Positions 9,139 through 18,873 of a stretch of 64,000 nt of DNA are shown piece after piece (position 1 is the stretch's first letter; the number at the start of each line of letters is the position of its first letter). Below the pieces are notes generated by a model that saw nothing but the letters and a program-made list of their open reading frames with translations, did no database searches and had not been told where the DNA came from. The stretch lies in NCBI GenBank assembly GCA_964599915.1, contig CAZRHR010000005.1, positions 3,145-67,144 of the forward strand. The letters are read 5' to 3'. This DNA is from an uncultured Candidatus Competibacteraceae bacterium. Lineage in GTDB: Bacteria > Bacteroidota > Bacteroidia > CAIKAF01. The position numbers and the translations under genes are program-made.

Positions 9139-10554
9139 ATGTCCGAGAATTTGAATAATAATACGAAAATACCAAGGGTTCGTGTAAGGAACGAGGTAAT
9201 ATTGGTGTTTTTTTTATGTATAGGTTGGCAAGCGGCCGCCCAAGAAGATTCCTTACGGCTTCGTGCATTGTATGATGCAGCCCTCACCAGAGGGAAAGCC
9301 TACTTAAATTTATATGCTTTATGTAAAGAAGCACCGGGCAGATTGTCCGGTTCACCTGCGGCAGAAAAGGCGGTTCAACTCACCGCTCGTCAATTAAGAG
9401 AGGCCGGCGCAGACTCGGTGTGGCTTCAACCTGTAATGGTGCCCAAATGGACCCGCGGTGAAGTTGAGAAACTTAGTGCCGAAGTCGATGGAAAATCCTT
9501 GGTGTTTCAAGCATGTGCTTTAGGTAACAGCGTTGGAACGAAAGGTGTTTTAAAAGCAAAGGTGGTGATGGTTCCCAACCTTGATGCCTTAAAAACCATG
9601 CCTAGGGCCGCTATAGAAGGCCGAATCGTATTTTTTTACCAAGCCCCGGATCCCAAGCATGTAGATACTTTTCATGCATATGGCGGTTGTGCCGGCAGCC
9701 GATTGTATGGTGCGGATGCGGCCGCAGAAAAAGGAGCGGTTGCCATAGTGCTCCACTCTTTAACGTTGGCCCAGCATGGCCATGCCCATACCGGAACTTT
9801 GATTTACAAACAGATGGCCAAAGCCATTCCAGGGATGGCTCTTAGTCCCATTGCCGCAAAGGCTTTAAGAACCGCATTGACATCTCACCCGGATTTGGAA
9901 CTGCACATGGAAATGGATTGTCAAAACCATGGCATGGTGCCTTCTTTCAATGTGATTGGCGAGCGGTATGGAAGAGAAAAACCGGATGAATGGGTAGTGG
10001 TAGGAGGCCATTTGGACAGCTGGGACAATGGGGAAGGTGCCCATGACGATGGCGCCGGCGTGGTGCATGCGATTGAAACCATTCATTTATTCCACACCCT
10101 TAAACTTAGGCCCCGCCGGTCCGTTCGTGCCGTGTTGTTTATGAATGAAGAAAATGGAGCGTATGGCGCCTATGCATATGCGGAGTTTGCCAAAAGACAG
10201 AAACATGTTTTTGCCTTAGAATCCGATCGGGGCGGATTTACTCCACGTGGTTTTACCCTAGAAACGGATACACCGGAAGGGAAAAAGGCCTTGGCCAAAA
10301 TGCAAAGCTGGGCGCCCTTATTTGCACCTTACCTCCTTCATATTTTATCTTCCGGCGGAAGTGGAGTAGATGTAGGAAAAATGCGTGGCCAAGGTTGTGT
10401 ATTGGGCGGATTTATTCCGGATTCACAGCGATATTTCGATCACCACCACGCGCCTACGGATGCGTTTGAGTCGGTGCATAAACGAGAATTAGAGTTGGGG
10501 TCAGCGGCCATTGCCAGTTTAGTATGGTTGGTGGCTGAACATGGATGGGATTAA
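9139..10554 (+). CDS. M28 family metallopeptidase (carboxypeptidase Q-like, with PA domain); start codon uncertain
   Basis: GGHLDSWD, GAHDDGAG, NEENG, ESDRG and HHHAPTD zinc-ligand motifs. Confidence 0.9.
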   Translation: MSENLNNNTKIPRVRVRNEVILVFFLCIGWQAAAQEDSLRLRALYDAALTRGKAYLNLYALCKEAPGRLSGSPAAEKAVQLTARQLREAGADSVWLQPVMVPKWTRGEVEKLSAEVDGKSLVFQACALGNSVGTKGVLKAKVVMVPNLDALKTMPRAAIEGRIVFFYQAPDPKHVDTFHAYGGCAGSRLYGADAAAEKGAVAIVLHSLTLAQHGHAHTGTLIYKQMAKAIPGMALSPIAAKALRTALTSHPDLELHMEMDCQNHGMVPSFNVIGERYGREKPDEWVVVGGHLDSWDNGEGAHDDGAGVVHAIETIHLFHTLKLRPRRSVRAVLFMNEENGAYGAYAYAEFAKRQKHVFALESDRGGFTPRGFTLETDTPEGKKALAKMQSWAPLFAPYLLHILSSGGSGVDVGKMRGQGCVLGGFIPDSQRYFDHHHAPTDAFESVHKRELELGSAAIASLVWLVAEHGWD

Positions 10555-10568
10555 GCTGTTGTATCAAA

Positions 10569-11249
10569 ATGTTCAAAACCAAAAAAGAGCGGATATTCTT
10601 CATCCTAGCCGGATTTTTCATCACCAATGCGGTGGTGGCAGAGTTAATTGGAGGAAAACTCATTAGCGTGGGTCCATGGTCAGGTTGGGGTCCATGGAAC
10701 CTGAGTATTGGAATTTTGCCTTGGCCCATTGTATTTCTTACCACCGATTTAACCAATGAATATTTTGGACAAAAAGGGGTGCGGCAACTCACGTTACTGA
10801 CCACGGGTTTGATTGTCTATACTTTTTTAGTGATTTGGCTGGCCATGGGTTTTCCAGCCGCTTCTTTTTCACCTGTATCTAATGAGGCATTTTCCATGGT
10901 TTTTGGCCAAAGCATGTCCATCATTTTGGCCTCCCTCGTTGCATTCATGATGGCCCAGTTTGTGGACGTTTTTGTGTTTTGGTTTGTACGGAACAGGACG
11001 GGCAACCGGTTGCTTTGGTTACGTGCCACTGGGAGTACGGTGGTTTCACAAGGTATTGATACCTTTATGGTACAGGGTCTGGCATTTTATGTGCCGGGAA
11101 AAATCAATTTTGAGGAATGGGTAAGCATTAGCTGGAATGGCTATAGTGCCAAATTATTGATTGCGGTTATGCTCACGCCTCTCATTTATCTGGCGCATTA
11201 CTGGATTGATAAGTACCTAGCGGCAGAGAAGGATAAAGTTCAGGGTTAA
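10569..11249 (+). CDS. Queuosine precursor transporter (VUT/YhhQ family)
   Basis: Hydrophobic protein with ELIGGKL, FLTTDLTNEYFG, QFVDV and STVVSQGIDT motifs. ATG at 10569 is preferred over the overlapping 10545 start. Confidence 0.88.
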   Translation: MFKTKKERIFFILAGFFITNAVVAELIGGKLISVGPWSGWGPWNLSIGILPWPIVFLTTDLTNEYFGQKGVRQLTLLTTGLIVYTFLVIWLAMGFPAASFSPVSNEAFSMVFGQSMSIILASLVAFMMAQFVDVFVFWFVRNRTGNRLLWLRATGSTVVSQGIDTFMVQGLAFYVPGKINFEEWVSISWNGYSAKLLIAVMLTPLIYLAHYWIDKYLAAEKDKVQG

Positions 11250-11756
11250 GAGAAAAGAGGCATACTTTGCATGTTTTCTTTTTGAAAGGGCGATTTTAAA
11301 TTTTTATGCTTGGGAAGTGACGCTTTTATTTTGGAAATCCTTTGCCGTGGATGGTGAAGTACACTTGGTGTTGTTCTCTGTTTTTTGGTGGTCCCCAGCA
11401 TAGTTTTCTTTTGGAAGGCACACAGGTTGTTTGGCTTTTGTGTTTATAATCGTTTGTCATGAAATTCTTAGTTTTTTAAAGACAAGCATTTTGTGCACTC
11501 CGCCTTTCATTTTTACATCTTAAAACGTGGGGAATAATAAGAATCGGTCTGGCTTGAAGCAGCCGTTAGGTTTGGCGCTTCAAGCGAAAGAGGGCTGAGC
11601 AGTTTGGTGTGACTCATTATTTAAAATTTAAATTGGGATGGGTATTTTACTTTCCCACCACTTTTTCAAAGGGTTTTAGTTTTCCAAAGGATGAATGGAA
11701 AAAGTCTTGTATTTCCAGCTCTTTATTAAAGATGCTCTTTTCTCCTTAGTGGGGGC

Positions 11757-11788
11757 AAAAAAAAGCCGCTCCCCGAAGGAAGCGGCTT
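11757..11788 (-). terminator. Intrinsic terminator of the large T9SS cargo gene
   Basis: Stem AAGCCGCT/AGCGGCTT next to an A-run (U-tract on the minus strand), about 22 nt past the stop at 11811. Confidence 0.85.
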
Positions 11789-11810
11789 ACAGAAGTTTAC
11801 ATTGAAAGCC

Positions 11811-14800
11811 TTATTCGATGATGATCTGACGCACAGCGCGCAGGTTTACATCGGTGAGCTCAAGGGTGTACATACCTGTAGACAAATGCGCTACTGGAAT
11901 AGAAAGCACCTCTCCGGCGGTTAGGTTAGCCGCAGATAGGGTGGCAATGGTTCTTCCGGTGACATCGTACAAGGTAATAGATGCTTTGGCGGAAAGGCCT
12001 GCATCTAAACGAAGTCTTACTACTTCGGAAGCAGGGTTAGGCCAAATTTCTAATGCAATACCTTGCGCTTCTTCAATGTTTACATTGGTCGCAGAGAAAG
12101 GATTGGTTGCGGTAGCAGAAGCACCACACTCATCGGTCACGGTAAGCACAACGTTGTAATTTCCGGGCTGGCTGTACACATGGGTTACATTTGCACCGGT
12201 TCCGGTGTTGCCGTCGCCGAAATCCCAGCTGTAGTTGATGCCATTGCCTGTACCTGTTGCGCTAAAGATTCCGGTAAGGAAAGACACGCTTGAGGTGAAG
12301 CTGGCAGTAGGCGCAGGGAAGTTGGTAACCTGAATGGTATCTTCAGAAGAACCACAAGAGGAAACAACGGTGATGATGTATTGGTCTGCGGCAGTCACCG
12401 TGATGGTAGCATCGTTAGAGAAGTTGCTCCAGAAATATTGAGCACCGGATACCGCAGGGCTACCAAGGGTAACAGACTGGTTGGCGCATTTCTGAATGTC
12501 TGGACCTAAGGAATACGTACCAGCTGCAATAAACTCATCTACACCAATATCCGGCGTGGATGTGTTACGGCCATCTCCATCGAAATCTTGGGTAACACCG
12601 GCATAAGGTGCACCGGCATTGTCTAGCGCCGCTTCACAGGTATGCAAATCAGAACCATTAAACGCCGGATCTACAGAAACTGAGTTCGCGTCTTTGTTTG
12701 TTGCGCTTTGGTAGGCGGCCAAGTTGGCGTAGTTGGTGGTTCCCCATGTCACTAAATCTGCACCGGTGGTGTAGAGGTTATTGTGGTCAGAGGTTCCCAC
12801 ATTGAATGGTGATTCTACCCGGAAGGCTGCACCACCACCAAGCTGTGCCAGGTTGTTGTTCCAGCTGTTAATGCCATTGGCAATGATGTTGCTTGGGCTG
12901 TCATTGTGAATGTACAGGGCTACATCATCTGCGTCGGGGCCCATCATGGCTACAGAATTGTGTACCACATCCAGGCCTTGACCTCCGGTAATGTCGATAC
13001 CTACATTGAGCACGGTGGCATTGGTGTTACCCATATATACCGAGTTGTTGGCTACGACAAACGGATTAGAAAGTGGTCCATTCACATTGTATGCCACGAT
13101 TCCAACGCCACCAAGGTTGTCGTCGAAGGTGTTTAAGGTGATTTCACCAGAGGAGTAGACGTCTCTAACATATACTCTGAAAGGTGTGCTTCCTGTGCGT
13201 GTAGAGGAGAAGTGGTTGCCTGTAACTACAGGATTTTGTTGGCTGAACAAACCTGCACCCAACAAGAAGTAGTTACGAATGGTGTTGTTTTCGATTCTGG
13301 TACCCGATTCTGGTTGAGAAATCGATGGGCCACCCATGGATACACTACGTGTTCCACCAATAATTACGTTGTTACGAATAACATTGTCATTGTCTACAGC
13401 CACGGTGGAGCGGAAAGCCCAACGATTGGAGTTGTCGGAAGTGGCTAAGGTGTCAGAAATAACCACACAATGCTCTACGATATTAGAGTCTGCGCCACCG
13501 AGATAATCCACAATAACGGAAAATGCGGGGTTGTTCATGCGCATGGTCATGTAGCGAATGGTGTAGTAGTCTCCACCGGAGAAGCGCGCTACATAGTTGG
13601 TCGCCGCATTGGTGGCAGGAGACACAAGGGTTACAGAGTCTGCGTCAACTGCTTCAGATTGGAAGATGACTCTTGCACCTGCGGTAGCTGGTGTAAAGGG
13701 CAACAAATCCATTTGGGTGTTGTATGTACCAGACCTTAGATTGAAAGTGGTGGTATTACACACCCCTCTTTGGTTAATGGCTGAAACTGCAGCAGCCAAA
13801 TTGGCAAAGTTAGGTGCATTGCCTCCCACGGTGTAGGAGCCGGAAAGTCCGAGATACAAGGTAGAAGTGAGGGTGTCGTTAAAGTTTACGATATCGGCTT
13901 GTCCGTTAGGTGAAGACGTCCAAACTTTAAGTACATCTGCATCTTGGAAGTTTCCTGTTCCAATCACCACATTGGCATTGGCACCAGAAGCGATGTTACC
14001 TGTCCAGTTGAAGGTGGTTACAGCGCCTCCATTGACTTGCCAAGAAATATCTAATGCAGTAAGTGCATTAATACCGGGATTGGTGACATTGACTTCAATG
14101 CTATTGGCCAAGCTGCATCCACCTTGGGTAGCTGGAGAAATCAATGAAGCAATGCCTGCGTCATCACTTGCTACAGGAATAATGGTGATGTTATAATCTT
14201 CTGTTTCGCCGTAACCATAGGTTCCGCAAGGGTTCACGTTCATGCTGCTCCATGTTTCGGCCAGTACCACCCGCATCCGGGTAACGCCGGGAAGCGCTGT
14301 AGAAGGAATAGTAATGGTTCCGGTATGGTTTCCTAAAGCACCGGGGCTTTGTGCGATCAGGTCGAAACGCTCTCCGGGATCTGTTAACTGACCATTTTGG
14401 TTGAAGTCAATAAATACAGTGGCGTAGGAAGTATAGGGTCCACCGCAAGAAGAATGATTAACCACCACGTTATAGGTGGAGTCGTTGTTGGCTACAAGTC
14501 CTGCTAAAGAAGAATAGTTTGTGTAGGTAGCACATCCTGCAGGAGAGGGATTATTGAACGTTCCGAAAGTAACGCCACCGATGTGGGTGTCTCCTGTGGA
14601 TGTCGCATTGCTAGGGCAATAGCAGGTAAGGAAGCTATTTACGTTCACTTGTATAGGCTGGGTCGTATCAGACACCCCTGAACAAGTAGCAATGAGGCGG
14701 TAAAACGTAGAAGCTGTGATTTGGGTGGTCAGGGTGGGGTTGGTTTCTCCCATCATGTCGGCCCAAACGGTTCCATTGGCAGACGATTGCCACTGCATGG

Positions 14801-15446
14801 TAAGTCCTGTTCCCGCGCTAAGACCTTGAGAAGACAAGGTGAAGTTGGTGGCGGGACAAATGGAGGCCGGCCCCGTCAGCGTTCCTGCGCTTGGTGGTGC
14901 AGTACAGGCGTTATTGACTACGTTGATGGAATAGTCTTCCGTTTCACCAAAACTGGCAGAAGTACAGTCGCTGGCTTGGGTGGGCACGTTGGTTCCACCA
15001 AAGTCATAAATACAGCGAACCCGGAGACGATAGGTGCCGGAGGAAGCCGTAAGCGGAATGGAAATAGAGCCATTGGCTGAATAGTTGGCTCCGGACCACG
15101 TAGTGCCTAAAAATTCACCTGCATCTTGAAAGTCCTGGTCATTGTTCAAATCTACCCACAGGGCAATGTGTTGGTAGTTGTAACCGAGGCTTGTTGAATA
15201 AGCCGTTGGTGTACCTGCGGTGAGGGTAGGGGCGGGTAATGAGGTGAAGTTGTCATAGGAACTTCCACAAGCCGAAGCATTGTTCAAAGAGCCGAGGGTG
15301 AAATTGAGGATTTCATCTCCCCAACTACAATCCGCTACAGGAACACAGTACTGCCCAAAGGCTGTACTGCCTGCGAGCAAGCTTCCTGCCAGCACGAGCC
15401 CCAAGCGTGTCCCGGTGTCCCGGGTGAAGGGTAAAAGTCTAAGCAT
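11811..15446 (-). CDS. T9SS type A cargo protein: two GEVED domains, Ig-like domains, right-handed beta-helix, PKD domain, CTD
   Basis: Two GEVED-type motifs (GETEDYSINV, GETEDYNITI); parallel beta-helix repeats; SWDFGDG PKD; C-terminal IWPNPASE...G.Y...IIIE. Confidence 0.88.
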   Translation of the reverse strand: MLRLLPFTRDTGTRLGLVLAGSLLAGSTAFGQYCVPVADCSWGDEILNFTLGSLNNASACGSSYDNFTSLPAPTLTAGTPTAYSTSLGYNYQHIALWVDLNNDQDFQDAGEFLGTTWSGANYSANGSISIPLTASSGTYRLRVRCIYDFGGTNVPTQASDCTSASFGETEDYSINVVNNACTAPPSAGTLTGPASICPATNFTLSSQGLSAGTGLTMQWQSSANGTVWADMMGETNPTLTTQITASTFYRLIATCSGVSDTTQPIQVNVNSFLTCYCPSNATSTGDTHIGGVTFGTFNNPSPAGCATYTNYSSLAGLVANNDSTYNVVVNHSSCGGPYTSYATVFIDFNQNGQLTDPGERFDLIAQSPGALGNHTGTITIPSTALPGVTRMRVVLAETWSSMNVNPCGTYGYGETEDYNITIIPVASDDAGIASLISPATQGGCSLANSIEVNVTNPGINALTALDISWQVNGGAVTTFNWTGNIASGANANVVIGTGNFQDADVLKVWTSSPNGQADIVNFNDTLTSTLYLGLSGSYTVGGNAPNFANLAAAVSAINQRGVCNTTTFNLRSGTYNTQMDLLPFTPATAGARVIFQSEAVDADSVTLVSPATNAATNYVARFSGGDYYTIRYMTMRMNNPAFSVIVDYLGGADSNIVEHCVVISDTLATSDNSNRWAFRSTVAVDNDNVIRNNVIIGGTRSVSMGGPSISQPESGTRIENNTIRNYFLLGAGLFSQQNPVVTGNHFSSTRTGSTPFRVYVRDVYSSGEITLNTFDDNLGGVGIVAYNVNGPLSNPFVVANNSVYMGNTNATVLNVGIDITGGQGLDVVHNSVAMMGPDADDVALYIHNDSPSNIIANGINSWNNNLAQLGGGAAFRVESPFNVGTSDHNNLYTTGADLVTWGTTNYANLAAYQSATNKDANSVSVDPAFNGSDLHTCEAALDNAGAPYAGVTQDFDGDGRNTSTPDIGVDEFIAAGTYSLGPDIQKCANQSVTLGSPAVSGAQYFWSNFSNDATITVTAADQYIITVVSSCGSSEDTIQVTNFPAPTASFTSSVSFLTGIFSATGTGNGINYSWDFGDGNTGTGANVTHVYSQPGNYNVVLTVTDECGASATATNPFSATNVNIEEAQGIALEIWPNPASEVVRLRLDAGLSAKASITLYDVTGRTIATLSAANLTAGEVLSIPVAHLSTGMYTLELTDVNLRAVRQIIIE

Positions 15447-15567
15447 TGTCTTAAGATTTAAGTAAGATTACCTTAAATTTAAAGACATAAAATCTAACTG
15501 CCAAAATAAATGCACGGACTTTTCTGAAAGCATAGAAAATCAAAAAGAAAAGTTTATTATTTAATTT

Positions 15568-16371
15568 CTATGCTTGTCCTACTTTTTTCTTCATGTCTTC
15601 CATGTCTTGTTGTAGCTTTAATACAGCCCGCTGTATTTCATCTCCCGGAATTTGAGGCTCAGGTAAGTCCGCAGAAATAAAATGTACAAAGCTCCAGATT
15701 TCTAACAACTCTTGCAGGGCGACTTCATAGGGCGGATAAGCCGGATTGGTAGAACACAACATAAGCGTTCCATGCGATGGTATTCTGTTTTGCACAATTT
15801 TAAAAACGGCACCTTCTTCACGGGTCACCACAATGCAAGGGGTGCCACTTTTCAGGTTTGACCAATCTTGCACATACGCGCCTGTAACCCAGGAGCCCGG
15901 TGCCACCGGTGGCATAGAATCTCCGGCAATCTGAAACGTACGATATTTTTTTTCCCGGTCTAAAAAAGGAAGGTGAAAAGCGGGCAACACCGAAATAAAG
16001 TCAGGATCCGCATAGCCTGCTGTATAGCCTGCTTTGGCTTTTATTCCGACCAATTCTATGTTCTCACGGTTATGGCTGTCCAATGTTGTGGCTAAAATGC
16101 GAAGCTTTCGGCCGGTAATGTCCACATCATATTGATGGGTCATTTCCTCCAATTTATTCGATGTAAACCCTGAAATATCCTCTGTAAGCAACCGCTCCAC
16201 GGAGATTTTGAAGAAGCGCGTAATCTTGAGCAGCGTATCTAAGCTGGGCTCGGTTGCGCCATTTTCGTAAGCACTATACGTGGTACGCTTGATCCCCAAC
16301 ACGGCGGCTACCTCTTCCTGAGAACGACCCCTGTGTTTGCGTAAAGTTTTTAGGTTGGTAGCAAAGTACAT
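15568..16371 (-). CDS. XRE-HTH + S24 peptidase repressor (Bacteroidota non-canonical LexA-like)
   Basis: HTH NLKTLRKHRGRSQEEVA...YENGATEP; Ala-Gly cleavage site KAKAGY; catalytic GDSM Ser and VFK Lys; divergent from dinB. Confidence 0.9.
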   Translation of the reverse strand: MYFATNLKTLRKHRGRSQEEVAAVLGIKRTTYSAYENGATEPSLDTLLKITRFFKISVERLLTEDISGFTSNKLEEMTHQYDVDITGRKLRILATTLDSHNRENIELVGIKAKAGYTAGYADPDFISVLPAFHLPFLDREKKYRTFQIAGDSMPPVAPGSWVTGAYVQDWSNLKSGTPCIVVTREEGAVFKIVQNRIPSHGTLMLCSTNPAYPPYEVALQELLEIWSFVHFISADLPEPQIPGDEIQRAVLKLQQDMEDMKKKVGQA

Positions 16372-16447
16372 GCGTAGTATTTTGAAGATAAAATTGGGAA
16401 AAAATTGCAACAATGCCTAATTTAATGACGCTTTTTTGACAGAAATA

Positions 16448-17605
16448 ATGGCAAATAATCGCTTTGTGCTTCATATAGACATGGATGCCTTTTTTGTGGC
16501 AGCAGAATGTTTACGTAATACGGCCCTGCAAGGGAAGCCACTTATTATTGGTGGAATCGGTGACCGTGGTGTGGTTTCCTCCTGTTCGTATGAAGCCCGG
16601 AGGTTCGGGATTCATTCTGCCATGCCCATGGCCTTGGCCAAACGGCTCTGCCCTCATGCCACGGTGTTGGGTGGTGACATGGAGTATTATTCAAAACTGT
16701 CCGGACTGGTTACGGCGGTTATTCAAGATACCGCACCCTGTTTTGAAAAGGCTTCGATTGATGAATTTTATGTGGACCTCACCGGCATGGATCGTTTTTT
16801 TGGCTGTGCGCAATGGAGCAAAGAACTACGGGAAAAAATTACCCGTGAATGTGGCTTGCCTAGTTCTTTTGGTCTTTCGGCCAATAAAACGGTGTCTAAA
16901 GTGGCCACCAATACCGCCAAACCCAACGGAATGAAGCAGATTCTCCATGGCGAAGAACGTGGATTTTTATCTCCGCTTCCCGTGGCAGATTTGCCCATGG
17001 CCGGTCAAAAAACGGTCGCCAGATTGCGGGACATGGGGGTCGTGTACATCAATACTTTGCAGGCCATGCCGCAATCTTTAATGATTCAGGGTTTTGGATT
17101 GCCGGGAAAGATTTTATGGGAAAGGGCACAAGGTGAGGACAGTCGACCCGTGGTGCCCTACCAAGAACAAAAATCCATTGGCGTGGAAGTGACCCTTGGT
17201 CGAGATAGTACCGATGCAGCTTATTTACAGCGTCTTCTCACAGCCTTAACCGAAAAGGTAGGTTTTCGACTGCGTAAAACACGTAAACTCACAGGCTGTA
17301 TCGCAGTAAAAATCAGGTATTCCGATTTTAATACCCACACCCGCCAGCTGAAAATTCCTTACACAGGAAACGACCAGACCCTGTTGCCTTACGTGCGTCA
17401 ATTGTTTACCCAGTTGTACGATCGTCGACTACGCATTCGACTTGTCGGGGTCCGCTGCACCGACTTGGTACATGGCAGCCCTCAATTGTCACTTTTTGAC
17501 CATGAATCCAAACGCTTACACTTAGATGCTGCCTTAGATCTTGTGCGCCGCAAGTTTGGTGAAAAGTCTGTCCAGCGTGCGCATTACCATGGTCTTAAGT
17601 TTTAA
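16448..17605 (+). CDS. dinB: DNA polymerase IV (Y family)
   Basis: HIDMDAFF, SYEARRFGIHSAMP and SIDEFYVD motifs; little-finger C-terminus. Confidence 0.95.
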   Translation: MANNRFVLHIDMDAFFVAAECLRNTALQGKPLIIGGIGDRGVVSSCSYEARRFGIHSAMPMALAKRLCPHATVLGGDMEYYSKLSGLVTAVIQDTAPCFEKASIDEFYVDLTGMDRFFGCAQWSKELREKITRECGLPSSFGLSANKTVSKVATNTAKPNGMKQILHGEERGFLSPLPVADLPMAGQKTVARLRDMGVVYINTLQAMPQSLMIQGFGLPGKILWERAQGEDSRPVVPYQEQKSIGVEVTLGRDSTDAAYLQRLLTALTEKVGFRLRKTRKLTGCIAVKIRYSDFNTHTRQLKIPYTGNDQTLLPYVRQLFTQLYDRRLRIRLVGVRCTDLVHGSPQLSLFDHESKRLHLDAALDLVRRKFGEKSVQRAHYHGLKF

Positions 17606-17711
17606 GTGAGGTGCATGTAGCAGTTGTTCTTCTTCTTTTTTCACCCATCCATGCGTTGTTCTTTTACCTTTCTTTTGGCCCTAAACAAATAATGAGTATA
17701 AAAGACGGGGC

Positions 17712-17744
17712 TTTGATGTGACCATGAAAATGCGCGTATATTTG
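17712..17744 (+). promoter_or_regulatory. Bacteroidota housekeeping promoter for galE
   Basis: TTTG (17712-17715), a 21-nt spacer, then TATATTTG (17737-17744): matches the -33/-7 consensus. Confidence 0.75.
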
Positions 17745-17768
17745 GCCTAACCAACAAGCTTTAAGGTT

Positions 17769-18791
17769 ATGCGTATTTTGGTCACCGGAGGTACAGGTTA
17801 TATTGGCTCCCATACCGTGGTTGCTCTTTTAGAAGCGGGTCACCACGTAATAAGCGTAGACAACCTAAGTAATTCAGAAGCTTCCGTCAATGAACGAATT
17901 ACAGACATTGTAGGACATGGACCCTCGTTCTTTGAGGTGGATTTATGTGACCAAGTTCGCCTGCGCGAAGTATTTGAGAAGGTTGGTCCCATCGATGGTG
18001 TGATTCATTTTGCCGCGTTCAAAGCGGTGGGAGAATCTGTGGCGCAACCCCTTCGTTATTATCAAAACAATGTAAACGGGCTTCTGAGTTTGCTTGAATG
18101 CATGACAGAATTTGGGGTAGGACAACTTGTGTTCTCTTCCTCTTGTACAGTGTATGGCACGCCTGAACAGTTGCCTGTAACCGAACAAGCACCTTTGCGG
18201 CCTGCACAATCTCCTTACGGTGCCACCAAACAGATGGGCGAGCAAATCATTAGCGATTGGGTACGTGCCCATCCACATGCGCGGGCCTTATTGTTGCGGT
18301 ATTTTAATCCAATTGGCGCACATCCTTCCGGAAAAATTGGAGAATGGCCACGAGGCGTACCCAATAACCTGGTGCCATTTATTACCCAAACCGCCGCAGG
18401 ATTAAGGGAACGACTTCAAATTTTTGGGTCGGATTATCCAACCCCGGATGGTACCTGTATTCGCGATTATATTCATGTATGTGATTTGGCGGATACGCAT
18501 GTATTGGGATTGTCGCGATTGCCACATCTTTTGCCGGGTGGGCAGGTAAGGGCTTTGAATGTTGGGACCGGTTCAGGTACTTCTGTGTTGGAAGCAGTGT
18601 TGGCTTTTGAAAAAGTCAATGGCGTGCCGGTTCCCCGTGCCTTTGCTCCCAGACGCGAAGGAGATGTGGTACAAATTTGGGCCGATGCTACCACGGCCAT
18701 GGAAGTCCTACAATGGACTCCGCGCTTTTCCTTGGAAGATGCCATGCGGACCGCCTGGCTTTGGGAACAAAACCTCAGAAAGCATACCTAA
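17769..18791 (+). CDS. galE: UDP-glucose 4-epimerase
   Basis: TGGTGYIGSH, AAFKAVGES, SPYGATK (YxxxK), LRYFNPIGAH and GTCIRDYIHV motifs. Confidence 0.96.
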   Translation: MRILVTGGTGYIGSHTVVALLEAGHHVISVDNLSNSEASVNERITDIVGHGPSFFEVDLCDQVRLREVFEKVGPIDGVIHFAAFKAVGESVAQPLRYYQNNVNGLLSLLECMTEFGVGQLVFSSSCTVYGTPEQLPVTEQAPLRPAQSPYGATKQMGEQIISDWVRAHPHARALLLRYFNPIGAHPSGKIGEWPRGVPNNLVPFITQTAAGLRERLQIFGSDYPTPDGTCIRDYIHVCDLADTHVLGLSRLPHLLPGGQVRALNVGTGSGTSVLEAVLAFEKVNGVPVPRAFAPRREGDVVQIWADATTAMEVLQWTPRFSLEDAMRTAWLWEQNLRKHT

Positions 18792-18873
18792 AAACTGGTT
18801 TTCAACGTTCTCAAGTTGATAAGCTTTTGTAGCATGGTCCCGGTGAACCAAGCCATGCCTGTATTTTTGTCAT

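Noticed and set aside
10545-10568. preQ1 riboswitch ahead of the queuosine transporter; T-box or SAM leaders ahead of metG and pheT
   Set aside because: The spacers are too short and no aptamer motifs are visible.
11326-11460. 44-codon minus-strand ORF (MTNDYKHKSQ...)
   Set aside because: It has no recognisable motif, signal peptide or promoter, and its length is expected by chance.
15568-16371. XRE-S24 protein as a prophage CI repressor
   Set aside because: It is flanked by dinB and host genes, with no phage context.
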